34,521 nucleotides of DNA from a virus (taxonomy: Duplodnaviria > Caudoviricetes): positions 1 to 34,521 of IMG/VR virus record IMGVR_UViG_3300035105_000009; one strand, written 5' to 3'. Below are positions 1-9,834 of this stretch, piece by piece (positions within the stretch are counted from its first letter, which is position 1; every line of letters begins with the position of its first letter). The notes under the pieces are model-generated. The model saw nothing but the letters and a program-made list of their open reading frames with translations, was not told the origin of the DNA and searched no databases. The position numbers and the translations under genes are program-made.

Positions 1-41
1 CTCATTTTTCTGTGACCGCACAAAAAAGGAAAATATAAAAA

Positions 42-509
42 ATGGGTAGAGACACAAAATCATCAGCGGAAAAGAAAGCATCGGGTAATCCAGGTAACAG
101 GAAAATACCTACCGAAACCGATGTTGATGTCATTGTCAATCCGAGAGCACCAGCTGGGATGGACAGGGCTCAAAAGAAATATTGGAAAAGATATGCAAAG
201 CCGATGATAAACGCCGGGATGCTTACCGAACTTAACGTTGGCGATCTGGTCAGGCTTTGTAAATTCGAGGCTGCTCTTGATTCGATGTTAGATTTCATGG
301 CTGACAATGTCGGGTCAATGGTTCAGGAAAAAAAGAACTATCATGGCGACGTTGTTGATCTGGTCGAGAGCACCTATTCCAAGATTGCCCGTAATTATGC
401 GGCAACGATCCGGCACCTGAAAGCAGACCTGAAATTAAGAACTGACAAAATGGGAGGGACCTTCAAGCCGAAGGAAAAACCGAAAAAGAATGAATTTGAG
501 GGATTCTAA
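42..509 (+). CDS. terS: Terminase small subunit (P27-like)
   Basis: N-terminal GNPGNRKIP motif, 155 aa, directly upstream of terL. Confidence 0.85.
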   Translation: MGRDTKSSAEKKASGNPGNRKIPTETDVDVIVNPRAPAGMDRAQKKYWKRYAKPMINAGMLTELNVGDLVRLCKFEAALDSMLDFMADNVGSMVQEKKNYHGDVVDLVESTYSKIARNYAATIRHLKADLKLRTDKMGGTFKPKEKPKKNEFEGF

Positions 510-3290
510 ATGACGAGAGACTACACATCAATAGCCTTACAATACTGTGATGACGTGATGTCCGGCAAGAATCCAGCAGGGCCTTATGTTGCAGCGGCCT
601 GTCAGCGACACATTGACGATCTCGAACGGGCAAAGACAGACGATTTTCCCTATGAATATGACGAGGTAAAAGCAAACCGCCGTTGCAGATTTTCAGAATT
701 ACTGCATCACGTAAAGGGAAAATGGGCAGGGGAACGGCTCACCCTGGAACCGCACCAGGTATTTATGCAATGCTGCATATGGGGATGGGTCAAAAAATCC
801 AACGGACTGAGGCGGTTCAGCACTATTTTCATTGAGATTCCACGAAAGAACGGGAAAGCACTTGAAATAAACACCCCAATATTTACCCCAGATGGGTGGA
901 AAAAGCATGGCGATTTAAAGGTTGGAGATTATGTTTTTTCACCAGATGGATTGCCAGTGGCTATTACCGCTATTTCTGAACATTATAGCGGTCCATGTTA
1001 CCAATTAAGTTTCTCCGATGGCGATTCTGTTGTAGCTCATTCTGCCCATGAATGGGTTACAGAACGAACTTGGTACACTAAGCGTCCAAGGGGGCATAGA
1101 GACAAAAGGCCGTTACCCCTTGTTGAAACTAAAGAAATAGCATCCACCTTACGCGGAGGATCGCGCGGAGATTTGATTCATCGAATCAAGGTGGCATGCC
1201 CCCTAGTCCTGCCTGAGCGTGTTTTGCCCATCGATCCATATGTTTTGGGGGCATGGTTAGGAGATGGAACGTCCAGGTCAGCGCAAATAACATGCGCAGA
1301 CGAGGAAATCATAAAACGGATTAGATCGGCGGGTTTACCGGTTAGGCCTCTGCCCTCTTCTGATAACTGGAAGGCATTAACCTATTCGTTATCAGATGGA
1401 AATAAGCAGGGTAGAAATGGACTTATATCAAAACTTAAAGCATTAGATTTGCTGCAAAACAAACATATTCCAGTAGAATACTTTATTGCATCAAAACAAC
1501 AGAGATATGATTTATTGAGGGGAATTCTTGATACTGATGGAACTATAAGCAAGGCTGGGCAAATAAGTCTTACCCTAAAAAGTAAACGCCTCATAAAAGA
1601 TGTGTTGATCTTGGTGAGAACGCTTGGAATAAAAGCTAACCTAAAACAGAAAATAGCAAAAATAGGCGATAAGAATTGTGGAATTGTATATCTGATTCAC
1701 TTTTTTCCACAAAATGGAGAACCGTTATTCTACGTTAGACGGAAGGCTACGCGGCAAAAACCCATTCCAACGGGTAAAAATAGGAGAGCATTAAAAACAA
1801 TATGCAACTCAAAGTATGTTGGGCATAGAATAGTTAACTGTATTACTGTTGAGGGTGGCCTTTACTTGGCGGGGAAAGGTTTTACGATAACTCACAATAG
1901 CGTAGATGCGGCAACCGCAGGACTATATATGCTGGCCGCCGATCACGAGAAGGGCGCCGAGATATACAGCGGTGCCACCAGTGAAAAGCAGGCTCTTGAA
2001 GTATTCCGGCCCGCGTGGATGATGGCGCAGAAAAACGAGTCATTACGGGAAGCCTTTGACCTGTCTCTTTCTGGCAATCCGAAAAACCCCACAAGCATAT
2101 TCAAACTGGAAGATATGTCACGGTTTGAACCGCTGATCGGTAAGCCGGGGGACGGGGCAAGTCCCCATTGTGCCATTATCGATGAATACCACGAACATAA
2201 ATCATCGGATCAGTATGACACCATGGACACGGGAATGGGTGCGAGGGAGCAACCATTGATTTTTGTGATCACTACTGCGGGAACCGACACCTCCGCGCCA
2301 TGCTATGACATGCATTTACGTGCCATAAAGGTACTGGAACGGACTATAGAAGACGAGGCAATGTTTTGTATCATGTACGGGATAGGTGCTGATGACGACT
2401 GGAAAGACTTTGAAGTCTGGAAAAAGGCGAACCCAAATTATGGCGTGAGCGTCATGGAAGATTATCTGTATCGGAAATACAAGGAGACAATGACCAACGC
2501 GGCAAAGCAGAACATTAATCTTTGTAAGCACCTCAACCAGTGGATGAACGCCGGTGTTGCGTGGATGAACATGGCGAAGTGGGAAGCCTGCAAAGATGAA
2601 TCTTTGAGGCTGGAAGATTTCATTGGGCAACCCTGTTTTGCAGCGTTTGACCTTGCATCGAAAATTGACATTTCATCATTGTTGCTTATTTTTGAGTACA
2701 CACGTGAGATAGACGGGGTATTTGTGCGGGGGTATGCGGCATTTTGCAAGCACTATCTCCCCGAGGAAACCGTGAAAAATGCGGGGAATGAGCACTATGA
2801 CAAGTGGGTAAAAGAGGGATATATTACCGAAACCCCAGGGGCTAGAACCGACTTTCTTTATATCGAAAACGATTTAAAGGCTATAAATGCCGATTACCCT
2901 ATTTATGAGCTTGCCTATGATCCCCGCGAAAGCACCTATCTTGTCAACAATGTCATGGATTGGCTGGGGAATGAGAAATGCATTGAGATCACCCAGGGTC
3001 CCGCTTTGATGTCCGAACCGATGAAGGAAGTCGAGGCATTAATCTATGACTGCAAGCTCTGGCATAACGGCGATCCAGTTTTAACGTGGATGATGGGAAA
3101 TATTGTCAAGCGCAAGGGCAGGGATACCGGATCGGTAAAATATTACTATCCCACCAAAGAGCGCGACGAGAACAAAATTGATGGAGGTGTCTGTCTTATC
3201 ATGGCTACTGGCAGGGCGATACTGCACCACGAAGACAGCATGTTTGAAGGCATGACAAAAGATCAAATCTTAGAAAGCATGGCGTTTTGA
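510..3290 (+). CDS. terL: Terminase large subunit, intein-containing
   Basis: Walker A IPRKNGK|S split by an intein, Walker B AIIDEYHEH, ITTAG coupling motif, nuclease motifs FDLASKID and KIDG. Confidence 0.95.
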   Translation: MTRDYTSIALQYCDDVMSGKNPAGPYVAAACQRHIDDLERAKTDDFPYEYDEVKANRRCRFSELLHHVKGKWAGERLTLEPHQVFMQCCIWGWVKKSNGLRRFSTIFIEIPRKNGKALEINTPIFTPDGWKKHGDLKVGDYVFSPDGLPVAITAISEHYSGPCYQLSFSDGDSVVAHSAHEWVTERTWYTKRPRGHRDKRPLPLVETKEIASTLRGGSRGDLIHRIKVACPLVLPERVLPIDPYVLGAWLGDGTSRSAQITCADEEIIKRIRSAGLPVRPLPSSDNWKALTYSLSDGNKQGRNGLISKLKALDLLQNKHIPVEYFIASKQQRYDLLRGILDTDGTISKAGQISLTLKSKRLIKDVLILVRTLGIKANLKQKIAKIGDKNCGIVYLIHFFPQNGEPLFYVRRKATRQKPIPTGKNRRALKTICNSKYVGHRIVNCITVEGGLYLAGKGFTITHNSVDAATAGLYMLAADHEKGAEIYSGATSEKQALEVFRPAWMMAQKNESLREAFDLSLSGNPKNPTSIFKLEDMSRFEPLIGKPGDGASPHCAIIDEYHEHKSSDQYDTMDTGMGAREQPLIFVITTAGTDTSAPCYDMHLRAIKVLERTIEDEAMFCIMYGIGADDDWKDFEVWKKANPNYGVSVMEDYLYRKYKETMTNAAKQNINLCKHLNQWMNAGVAWMNMAKWEACKDESLRLEDFIGQPCFAAFDLASKIDISSLLLIFEYTREIDGVFVRGYAAFCKHYLPEETVKNAGNEHYDKWVKEGYITETPGARTDFLYIENDLKAINADYPIYELAYDPRESTYLVNNVMDWLGNEKCIEITQGPALMSEPMKEVEALIYDCKLWHNGDPVLTWMMGNIVKRKGRDTGSVKYYYPTKERDENKIDGGVCLIMATGRAILHHEDSMFEGMTKDQILESMAF
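858..1898 (+). mobile_element. Class 3 intein (347 aa) with LAGLIDADG endonuclease, in the TerL Walker A motif
   Basis: Begins ALEINTPI and ends THN before Ser+1. Carries W in block B (HEW), C in block F (VNCITV) and T in block G (THN). LAGLIDADG motifs LGAWLGDG and LRGILDTDG. AT-richer than the exteins. Confidence 0.93.
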
Positions 3291-3300
3291 AAGGAGAGAT

Positions 3301-3489
3301 ATGCCCGAGCTACCTAACAAAAAATACCTGACACCACAGGAAGTGGCCGCATTTTACAATCTTAACGTCAAAACCCTCTATGGCTGGATAGCGGAGGGAA
3401 AACTTAATGCGGAACGCATAGGGCCGTCACGAGTATTGAGGATAAGGCGTGAGGTAGCAGAACAATTATCACAACCTGTAGTGGCATAA
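3301..3489 (+). CDS. Excisionase-like HTH_17 DNA-binding protein
   Basis: YLTPQEVAAFYNLNVKTLYGWIAEGKLNA..RIRR pattern; AAGGAG RBS. Confidence 0.85.
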   Translation: MPELPNKKYLTPQEVAAFYNLNVKTLYGWIAEGKLNAERIGPSRVLRIRREVAEQLSQPVVA

Positions 3490-3499
3490 TTACCGTTTA

Positions 3500-3515
3500 C
3501 CACAAAATATAGTGT
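3500..3515. promoter_or_regulatory. NrdR-box-like operator
   Basis: CCACAAAATATAGTGT matches acaCwAtATaTwGtgt at 14/16 positions; intergenic. Confidence 0.45.
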
Positions 3516-3583
3516 CAATCCTGCCTGATTAGTCTGAGGAGTCCGTGAAATAATCCAGAACTATGTAAGATAATTGCTCCATA

Positions 3584-3790
3584 GTGAGGGAAACTATGGG
3601 GCATCTGGTAAAATATATCAAATCTCTTGTATCGAAGTCATGGAATGCCTTTGATGTGAGAGATTTTTTCGTTTTCGGCGGTCTCGGAATGCTTGGATAT
3701 GGCCTCTATCTAAAGTGGGGTCAATGGTTGGCATTCATGGTGTGTGGGATTCTGCTTATGATTATTGGCTATCTCATGAGGGGTAGATAA
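3584..3790 (+). CDS. Small two-TM membrane protein upstream of portal
   Basis: Two hydrophobic segments; TAATG overlap with the portal start; exact start uncertain. Confidence 0.7.
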   Translation: MRETMGHLVKYIKSLVSKSWNAFDVRDFFVFGGLGMLGYGLYLKWGQWLAFMVCGILLMIIGYLMRGR

Positions 3791-5016
3791 TGGGAATAGT
3801 CGCACGGATGCCACGGCCAAAAGGGATGAACCCGCAGGAACTTGAAAGAATGATCTTTTCAGTATTCGGCGGCGGGTCCACGGCATCAGGTGTATCGGTA
3901 AACAACGAAACGGCAATGAGACAGGCAACCGTCTATTCCTGTGTCAATGTTCTGTCGAGAACTATCGGGACATTGCCTTGTCATCTCATGAAAATCGAGG
4001 GGCGAAACCGGGAAAAGGCTATTGATGATGACTTGTATTATCTCCTACATGACCAGCCTAATGAGTGGATGACTGCTCCGGAATTTTGGGGCATGGCGAT
4101 GAATCACCTTTCATTGCGGGGCAATTTCTTTGCTTTGAAGAACCGGGGATTGTCATTGACTGGACCTGTCCGTGAATTAATCCCGTTGGCCCCTGGGGTT
4201 GTACATGAAGTCAAGCAGGATGAGAAATATAGGCTCACATATGTGCTGAAATATCCTGATGGAACTCTGAAAAATGTGCCGCAATCCGAAATCATGCACA
4301 TCCGTGGGATGACTATTAACGGATTTATGGGAGTCAATCCAATACAATACATTCGAGAGTCAATCGCTTTGGGGTTGGCCTCTGAGGAGTTTGGGGCGCG
4401 GTATTTCGGAAGCGGGACACATCCCGGCATGGTTGTAGAGCACCCCGGCAAGCTGTCGCCCGAAGGACACAGCAATCTACAGACAGCACTTGCCGAAACA
4501 TACAGCGGCCTCGGCAAATCCCACCGCCTCATGCTCCTGCAAGAGGGCATGAAATATCAGAAGGTTGCCATCGACCCGAAAGACTCTCAATTTATCGAAC
4601 TGAGAAAATACCAAAAGGCGGAAATAGTTGACATCTTCTTCGGGATGCCTCTGACGATCCTATCATCGGAAGACAAAACACCCACCTACGCCAGCGCAGA
4701 GCAATTCGGAATCAGCTTCGTTGTCTATGCGCTCATGCCTTGGATGGTGGGGATCGAGAAGGCGATACTGCGCGACCTTATTCCGCAAACCAAGAAAAGA
4801 ACCCACTATGCAAAGTTTGTCGCCCAGGGGTTACAGCGAGGGAGCTTCAAGGAGCAGATGGACAGCTTTGCAACGGCAATTACGAAAGAGATAATGAATC
4901 CTAACGAGTGCCGTGAGCTATTAGAAATGAATCCGTACGATGGCGGTGATATATATGCTCCAAGAACATCAACAACCAAGGATGACAAGGCGGAGGCTCT
5001 TTCCTCAAATGAATAA
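3790..5016 (+). CDS. Portal protein, HK97 family
   Basis: TVYSCVNVLS, LLHDQPNEWMT, GNFFA, DSQFIELRKY and MNPNECRELLEMNP motifs. Confidence 0.95.
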   Translation: MGIVARMPRPKGMNPQELERMIFSVFGGGSTASGVSVNNETAMRQATVYSCVNVLSRTIGTLPCHLMKIEGRNREKAIDDDLYYLLHDQPNEWMTAPEFWGMAMNHLSLRGNFFALKNRGLSLTGPVRELIPLAPGVVHEVKQDEKYRLTYVLKYPDGTLKNVPQSEIMHIRGMTINGFMGVNPIQYIRESIALGLASEEFGARYFGSGTHPGMVVEHPGKLSPEGHSNLQTALAETYSGLGKSHRLMLLQEGMKYQKVAIDPKDSQFIELRKYQKAEIVDIFFGMPLTILSSEDKTPTYASAEQFGISFVVYALMPWMVGIEKAILRDLIPQTKKRTHYAKFVAQGLQRGSFKEQMDSFATAITKEIMNPNECRELLEMNPYDGGDIYAPRTSTTKDDKAEALSSNE

Positions 5017-5788
5017 CACTACAGAAAAAAGATGCACTAAGTGCGGAGAAACAAAACTACTTGAATATTTTCATGTTGATAATAGGAAAAAAGACGGCCA
5101 TGTTTCTCGGTGCAAAATGTGCCAATCTAAATACGCCTCAGAACATTATAATGCCAATAAGAGTAAATACAGTAAAATGCGGAAGAACTACTACCAAAAC
5201 AATAAAGATGAAATCCTCGAAAACCAAAGAAAATATTATCAAAGTAATAAAGAACAAAAAACAGTTACTGTCAAAAATTGGAGAAAGAATAATCCAGAAA
5301 AAATAAAAGAGATTATAGAAAGATTTAAACAAAGTCATCCAGATTGCGGCATAAAAGCAACAAAGCGCTGGAGAAAGAATAATCCAGAAAAGGTTAGGGA
5401 ATTAAAACGAAATCAATACGCAAGATATAAAAAAAATCCGGCATTTAGAATTTCTGGAAGCATTTCAAACGGGATTCGATATTCTCTTGGGAAGGGTGGA
5501 AAGTCCCAAAATAAGTGGGAATGTCTTGTAAATTTTACAGCCAAAGAACTTATGTGCCACCTTGAAAAACAGTTTAAAGACGGAATGACATGGGACAATT
5601 ACGGAAATTATTGGCACATAGATCATATTATTCCTATTGCAGTTTTTAATTTTAAAACTCCAGAAGATATTGACTTTAAAAGATGTTGGGCACTGGAAAA
5701 CCTGCAACCATTGGAAGCAAAAGAAAATATGAGAAAAAACGCTAAATTTGATGGTGATTTTCAGCCGTCTCTACCCTTGGCAATTTAG
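5009..5788 (+). CDS. Free-standing HNH homing endonuclease
   Basis: Zn motif CTKC..CKMC, Lys-rich helical region, WHIDHIIP...NLQPLEAKEN. AT-rich. ATG 5009 follows GGAGG and overlaps the portal end. Confidence 0.88.
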   Translation: MNNTTEKRCTKCGETKLLEYFHVDNRKKDGHVSRCKMCQSKYASEHYNANKSKYSKMRKNYYQNNKDEILENQRKYYQSNKEQKTVTVKNWRKNNPEKIKEIIERFKQSHPDCGIKATKRWRKNNPEKVRELKRNQYARYKKNPAFRISGSISNGIRYSLGKGGKSQNKWECLVNFTAKELMCHLEKQFKDGMTWDNYGNYWHIDHIIPIAVFNFKTPEDIDFKRCWALENLQPLEAKENMRKNAKFDGDFQPSLPLAI

Positions 5789-5800
5789 GAGGACAAGACA

Positions 5801-6652
5801 ATGAAACTGGCGTACAGGAGTGAAAAGAACGCTGAGGCTGTCGCCCGCTTTTGGGGGAAATCACTCGAAAAGCCCGACTGGTACCGGATTGAAGCGAAAG
5901 AAACCGACGAGACGGCGGAGATAATAATCTATGACGTGATCGGATGGCCTTATAACGATGCCTTTGATCTTGTCCGCGCCCTTGGAAGCATCAAGGCAAA
6001 GAATATCACCGTCCGCATTAACTCGCCGGGCGGAGATGTTTTTGACGGCGTGGCGATCTTCAACGCGCTCAAAGACCACGAGGCCCATGTCACCACGAAG
6101 ATTGAAGGTCTGGCAGCGTCGATGGCCTCCGTCGTTGCCCTCGCCGGTGACGAAGTTCAGGCACACAAGAACGCCATGTACATGATTCACGATCCGTGGG
6201 TGCTGGCGGCTGGCAACCAGTACGACCTTAGAGAGATAGCCGACATCCTCCAGAAGATCGGCGGGAACATGCTGGATATCTATTACGACAAATCGAATAT
6301 CGGCAAGCGTGAACTCAAGGCCATGATGAAAGAAGAAACATGGTTCACGGCTCAGGAAGCCAAAGACCGGGGATTGATCGATACCGTTGTTGATGCAGGC
6401 GCGGCAAAGGCAAAGTTTGACCTGTCTATTTTCGCAAACGTCCCTGACGAACTGGAAGACTCTGACCGGGAGGGGGCAACACTCAGTAAACAAGAGATAG
6501 AGCGTGCCCTGCGTGATGCAGGCGCAAGCCGATCTTTCGCGAAGTCCATAGCTGCGCGACGCAGTAATGGCGACTCCCAGCGCGATGTTGGGAGCGTAAA
6601 GGCAGACATTGGCAAGATACTGAAACTACAACAGATAATAGGAGGTAAGTAA
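5801..6652 (+). CDS. ClpP-type prohead maturation protease
   Basis: RINSPGGDVFDG, GLAASMAS, MIHDPW and ETWFTAQEA motifs; lies between portal and capsid. Confidence 0.93.
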   Translation: MKLAYRSEKNAEAVARFWGKSLEKPDWYRIEAKETDETAEIIIYDVIGWPYNDAFDLVRALGSIKAKNITVRINSPGGDVFDGVAIFNALKDHEAHVTTKIEGLAASMASVVALAGDEVQAHKNAMYMIHDPWVLAAGNQYDLREIADILQKIGGNMLDIYYDKSNIGKRELKAMMKEETWFTAQEAKDRGLIDTVVDAGAAKAKFDLSIFANVPDELEDSDREGATLSKQEIERALRDAGASRSFAKSIAARRSNGDSQRDVGSVKADIGKILKLQQIIGGK

Positions 6653-6654
6653 AA

Positions 6655-7866
6655 ATGGATATCAATCAAGTAATAGAAGACCTGGGGCGGTCATTCGAGA
6701 CCTTCAAGGCCGAGAACGACAAACGCCTGAAAGAGATCGAGACGAAGGGCAACGCTGACCCGCTGCTTGTGGAAAAGGTGGAGAAGATTAACGCGGAAAT
6801 CTCGCAGATTGCGGCGATGAAGAAACAGCTTGAAGCCCTCGAAACCGTGGCCGGACGCGGCGCATTTGGCGGTGGAACATCTGAACTGGATCAGGCGAAG
6901 GCTGAATACAAGGCTGGCTTTGAGAAATGGTTCCGCAAAGGAGTTGAAGGCAATCTCGCTCAGTTAGCGGTACAGGCTTCCGCTTCTACACTGGATGATA
7001 CGGCGGGCGGTTTTACCGTGCCTGAGGAAATGGCAGCGACTATAGATCGGATCGCTGGCGTATCTTCTGCAATGCGGCGGCTTGCCTCCGTGATCACCAT
7101 CGGGACAGACACTTACAAAAAACTCGTAAACCAGGGCGGGGCTTCCTCCGGGTGGGTAGGCGAGAAGGGTACGCGGTCTGAGACCGATTCTCCGACGCTT
7201 AAAGAGATCGCCATCAACACGAAAGAGATTTACGCGATGCCAGCAGCGACGCAGAAACTACTCGATGACTCCAGCGTTGATATAGCTGCATGGCTCGGCA
7301 ACGAAGTAGCAATTGAATTCGCCGAGGAAGAAGGCGCGGCCTTCATCGAAGGCGACGGTGTGTCTGAGCCGAAAGGACTTGAATCATACGACACGGTGGC
7401 AAACGCTTCTTATGCGTGGGGTAAGATCGGCTATATCGCCAGCGGAGCAGCTTCGGCCTTCACCAATGCTGACAAGCTCTTCGACCTTCAGCACGCACTG
7501 AAACCGATCTACAGAAACGGGGCATCATTCTTGATGAACGATGCAACCCTGCTCCATATCCGAAAGTTCAAAGACGGTGAGGGTAATTACCTCTGGAGAC
7601 CGGGCCTGCTGGAAGGCGCGCCTGATACTCTGCTGGGTAAGCCTGTTGAGATCGACGACAACGTGGCAGACATCGGCGCCGGGGCTTATCCGATTTACTT
7701 CGCCAATTTCAAACGGGCTTATCTGATCGTTGACCGCTTCGGCATTCGTGTCCTGCGTGACCCCTATTCGAGCAAGCCCTACATTCTCTTCTATACCACG
7801 AAGAGAGTGGGGGGCGGGATCGTGATGTACGAAGCGATTAAGGCCCTGAAGATAGCGACCAGCTAA
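6655..7866 (+). CDS. Major capsid protein, HK97 fold
   Basis: Coiled-coil delta domain, GGFTVPEE, LLDDSSVDI, GDGVSEPKG, YTTKRVGG. Confidence 0.95.
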   Translation: MDINQVIEDLGRSFETFKAENDKRLKEIETKGNADPLLVEKVEKINAEISQIAAMKKQLEALETVAGRGAFGGGTSELDQAKAEYKAGFEKWFRKGVEGNLAQLAVQASASTLDDTAGGFTVPEEMAATIDRIAGVSSAMRRLASVITIGTDTYKKLVNQGGASSGWVGEKGTRSETDSPTLKEIAINTKEIYAMPAATQKLLDDSSVDIAAWLGNEVAIEFAEEEGAAFIEGDGVSEPKGLESYDTVANASYAWGKIGYIASGAASAFTNADKLFDLQHALKPIYRNGASFLMNDATLLHIRKFKDGEGNYLWRPGLLEGAPDTLLGKPVEIDDNVADIGAGAYPIYFANFKRAYLIVDRFGIRVLRDPYSSKPYILFYTTKRVGGGIVMYEAIKALKIATS

Positions 7867-7874
7867 ACTTAACC

Positions 7875-7890
7875 GGGGGCTCCGGCCCCC
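7875..7890 (+). terminator. GC hairpin with C(UCCG)G tetraloop after the capsid gene
   Basis: GGGGGC-TCCG-GCCCCC; no U-tract, so a weak terminator or a 3' stabiliser. Confidence 0.5.
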
Positions 7891-7920
7891 ACTCAATAAG
7901 ATTTGAAGGAGGCAAAAACC

Positions 7921-8367
7921 ATGAAAGATTCTTATAATCACTTAGTACCGGTTCAGGCCGTAGTGCCGGTTAAAGTTCTGGACGATACCGTTCCCGCTGC
8001 GGCAGAAATTGATCTGGCTGATTTCAACTCGGCTTTGATCGTTATCAGTTGTGGCGACAAGGTTGCTGGTGATACCGGGACAATCGATGTGGCTTTAACC
8101 CATGCCGACGATGATGGCACCGGTTCATCCGGCGATTATGCCGATGTTACTTCGGCTGATGTCCTTGGCCCGGAAGCGGTAACCAGTGGCGTCATCAAAA
8201 GCCTCGCAAGTGGGGCCGTCGCGGCTGCGATTTACAAAGTCGGCTATGTCGGCGGGAAACGATTCATCAAGATCACCGTCACGGAAACTGGTGGCAACGC
8301 CACCGGCACGATGATGTCAATCAATGTCATCAAAAGCCATGGGCTCGATGTACCGGCGATAAGCTAA
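7921..8367 (+). CDS. Putative capsid-associated (decoration/cement) protein
   Basis: AAGGAGG RBS, follows the capsid gene, beta-rich, YKVGYVGGKRFIK motif. Confidence 0.65.
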   Translation: MKDSYNHLVPVQAVVPVKVLDDTVPAAAEIDLADFNSALIVISCGDKVAGDTGTIDVALTHADDDGTGSSGDYADVTSADVLGPEAVTSGVIKSLASGAVAAAIYKVGYVGGKRFIKITVTETGGNATGTMMSINVIKSHGLDVPAIS

Positions 8368-8439
8368 ATAAACTGAGTGCCAGGGGGCTTGCCTACCTCT
8401 CCAGGCAGCCCCCCCCCTCCCAAAAAATGAAAGGAGGTA

Positions 8440-8967
8440 ATGGAGATGGCAGTAGCAAGAATAGGAAGTTTGGGAAACCGATTTGTCGGTCTTTCAACCG
8501 ACACAAAACCAACAACGAACACACAAATTGGCGCAACGTATTTGGAGTATGATACCGGGAAGCTCTACACGACCCCGGACGGCGAGAACTGGATACTGAA
8601 AAGCGCAGAGGGCGCATTATTCCAGACCACGACAATCGACCTCGAACAGGCGGCGGGAGATTATGACCTCTTTACCGCCGGGCTGTCTGATGTGGAGATC
8701 CTACACCTGACAATTATCATTCCTTCTGACCTCACGGCTGAGGCGACCTTAACCTCAATCTCCATCCAGTCAACAGATGACACCCCTGTGGAATTCATAA
8801 GCGCAACAGCCGGGGCGGTGGCGAACCTGACCGCGAACAAATATCTCCAATATAATGCCGGGGAAACAGTAGCCGGAGGGAAGAAAATCCAGCTCACCAT
8901 TGCGGGCGGAGCAACGGCGGCGGCACAGGTCTGCACGGTCTTTATAGCGTATAGAGAGGCGGTGTAA
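8440..8967 (+). CDS. Putative virion decoration protein
   Basis: N-terminal GLSTDTKPT...EYDTGKLY module; C-terminal domain paralogous to 11159-11602. Confidence 0.65.
   Translation: MEMAVARIGSLGNRFVGLSTDTKPTTNTQIGATYLEYDTGKLYTTPDGENWILKSAEGALFQTTTIDLEQAAGDYDLFTAGLSDVEILHLTIIIPSDLTAEATLTSISIQSTDDTPVEFISATAGAVANLTANKYLQYNAGETVAGGKKIQLTIAGGATAAAQVCTVFIAYREAV
8812..8921 (+). repeat. 110-bp perfect direct repeat, copy 1
   Basis: Identical to 11423-11532. Confidence 0.93.
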
Positions 8968-8969
8968 TC

Positions 8970-9824
8970 ATGGGCGATACATTATGGACAAGAGGACTGG
9001 CGGCTCTAAGGGGATTTTTGGGCGGCGGAACGGCAAAATCATCCATAGCTGACGGCGATAAACTATTAGTATCTGATAGTGAGGCAAGCAACGCGCTGAA
9101 AACGGTGCTCTATTCCGTTCTAAAGTCGCAGGTAGTAAGCGATATTGCGCCGATTACTTACGAGGGGTCTATTGATTGTTCAGGCAGCCCCAACTATCCT
9201 GCCGCGGACGCTGGGCACGCCTATATCGTATCTGTAGCTGGAAAGATTGGAGGGGCATCTGGCGTTGTCGTGGCCGCAGGAGATATGGCTATATGTAAGA
9301 CTGATAGTACTGCATCGGGAGATCAAGCCACCGTCGGGGCAAATTGGAATATCATTGAGAAGAACATCGACTTGACGAACATTACTATCACTGGTGGGAC
9401 GATAGATGGGACTACTATTGGGGGCACAACGCCTGCAAACGGTGATTTTCTTCTCTTGACTGGAAATTTTAACGAAATAGTACAAGCATCCTCTGATACC
9501 CTCACAGCAGCAGAAGTCAAGGGAACGGTTATAAACAACTACGGTCAAGGTGCGGCTGATAACCTTCAAGCTCTCCCCACGGCAGAAGAAGGTATGTCCT
9601 TCATGGCTGTATGCGGTACGGCTCAAGCGGCTAACTACTTCGGCTTTCAGGCTGACACGAATGACAAGATATACCTTGACGGTACAGCAGGAAGCGACAA
9701 CGGCATTGTGAAGATAGCGGCTCCAGTTGTCGGTGCGAAGATATACTTCCACACCTTCCAGACAGGAGCTGGTGCTTGGGATTGGATGGCTGATACGATA
9801 ACCGGCGCATGGGTAGCAGCGTAA
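8970..9824 (+). CDS. Putative head fibre/decoration protein
   Basis: Gly/Ala/Thr-rich, ITITGGTIDGTTIGGTTPA fibre-like segment, located in the head module. Confidence 0.6.
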   Translation: MGDTLWTRGLAALRGFLGGGTAKSSIADGDKLLVSDSEASNALKTVLYSVLKSQVVSDIAPITYEGSIDCSGSPNYPAADAGHAYIVSVAGKIGGASGVVVAAGDMAICKTDSTASGDQATVGANWNIIEKNIDLTNITITGGTIDGTTIGGTTPANGDFLLLTGNFNEIVQASSDTLTAAEVKGTVINNYGQGAADNLQALPTAEEGMSFMAVCGTAQAANYFGFQADTNDKIYLDGTAGSDNGIVKIAAPVVGAKIYFHTFQTGAGAWDWMADTITGAWVAA

Positions 9825-9834
9825 GGAGGTAACT

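Noticed and set aside
1-41. cos site upstream of terS
   Set aside because: Plausible by position, but no identifiable sequence in the 41 bp available.
5861-6493. Long antisense ORFs over structural genes (also 9180-9752, 13956-14507, 21817-22413, 23219-23866, 30579-31232)
   Set aside because: Shadow frames of well-supported genes, with no recognisable motifs or RBS.
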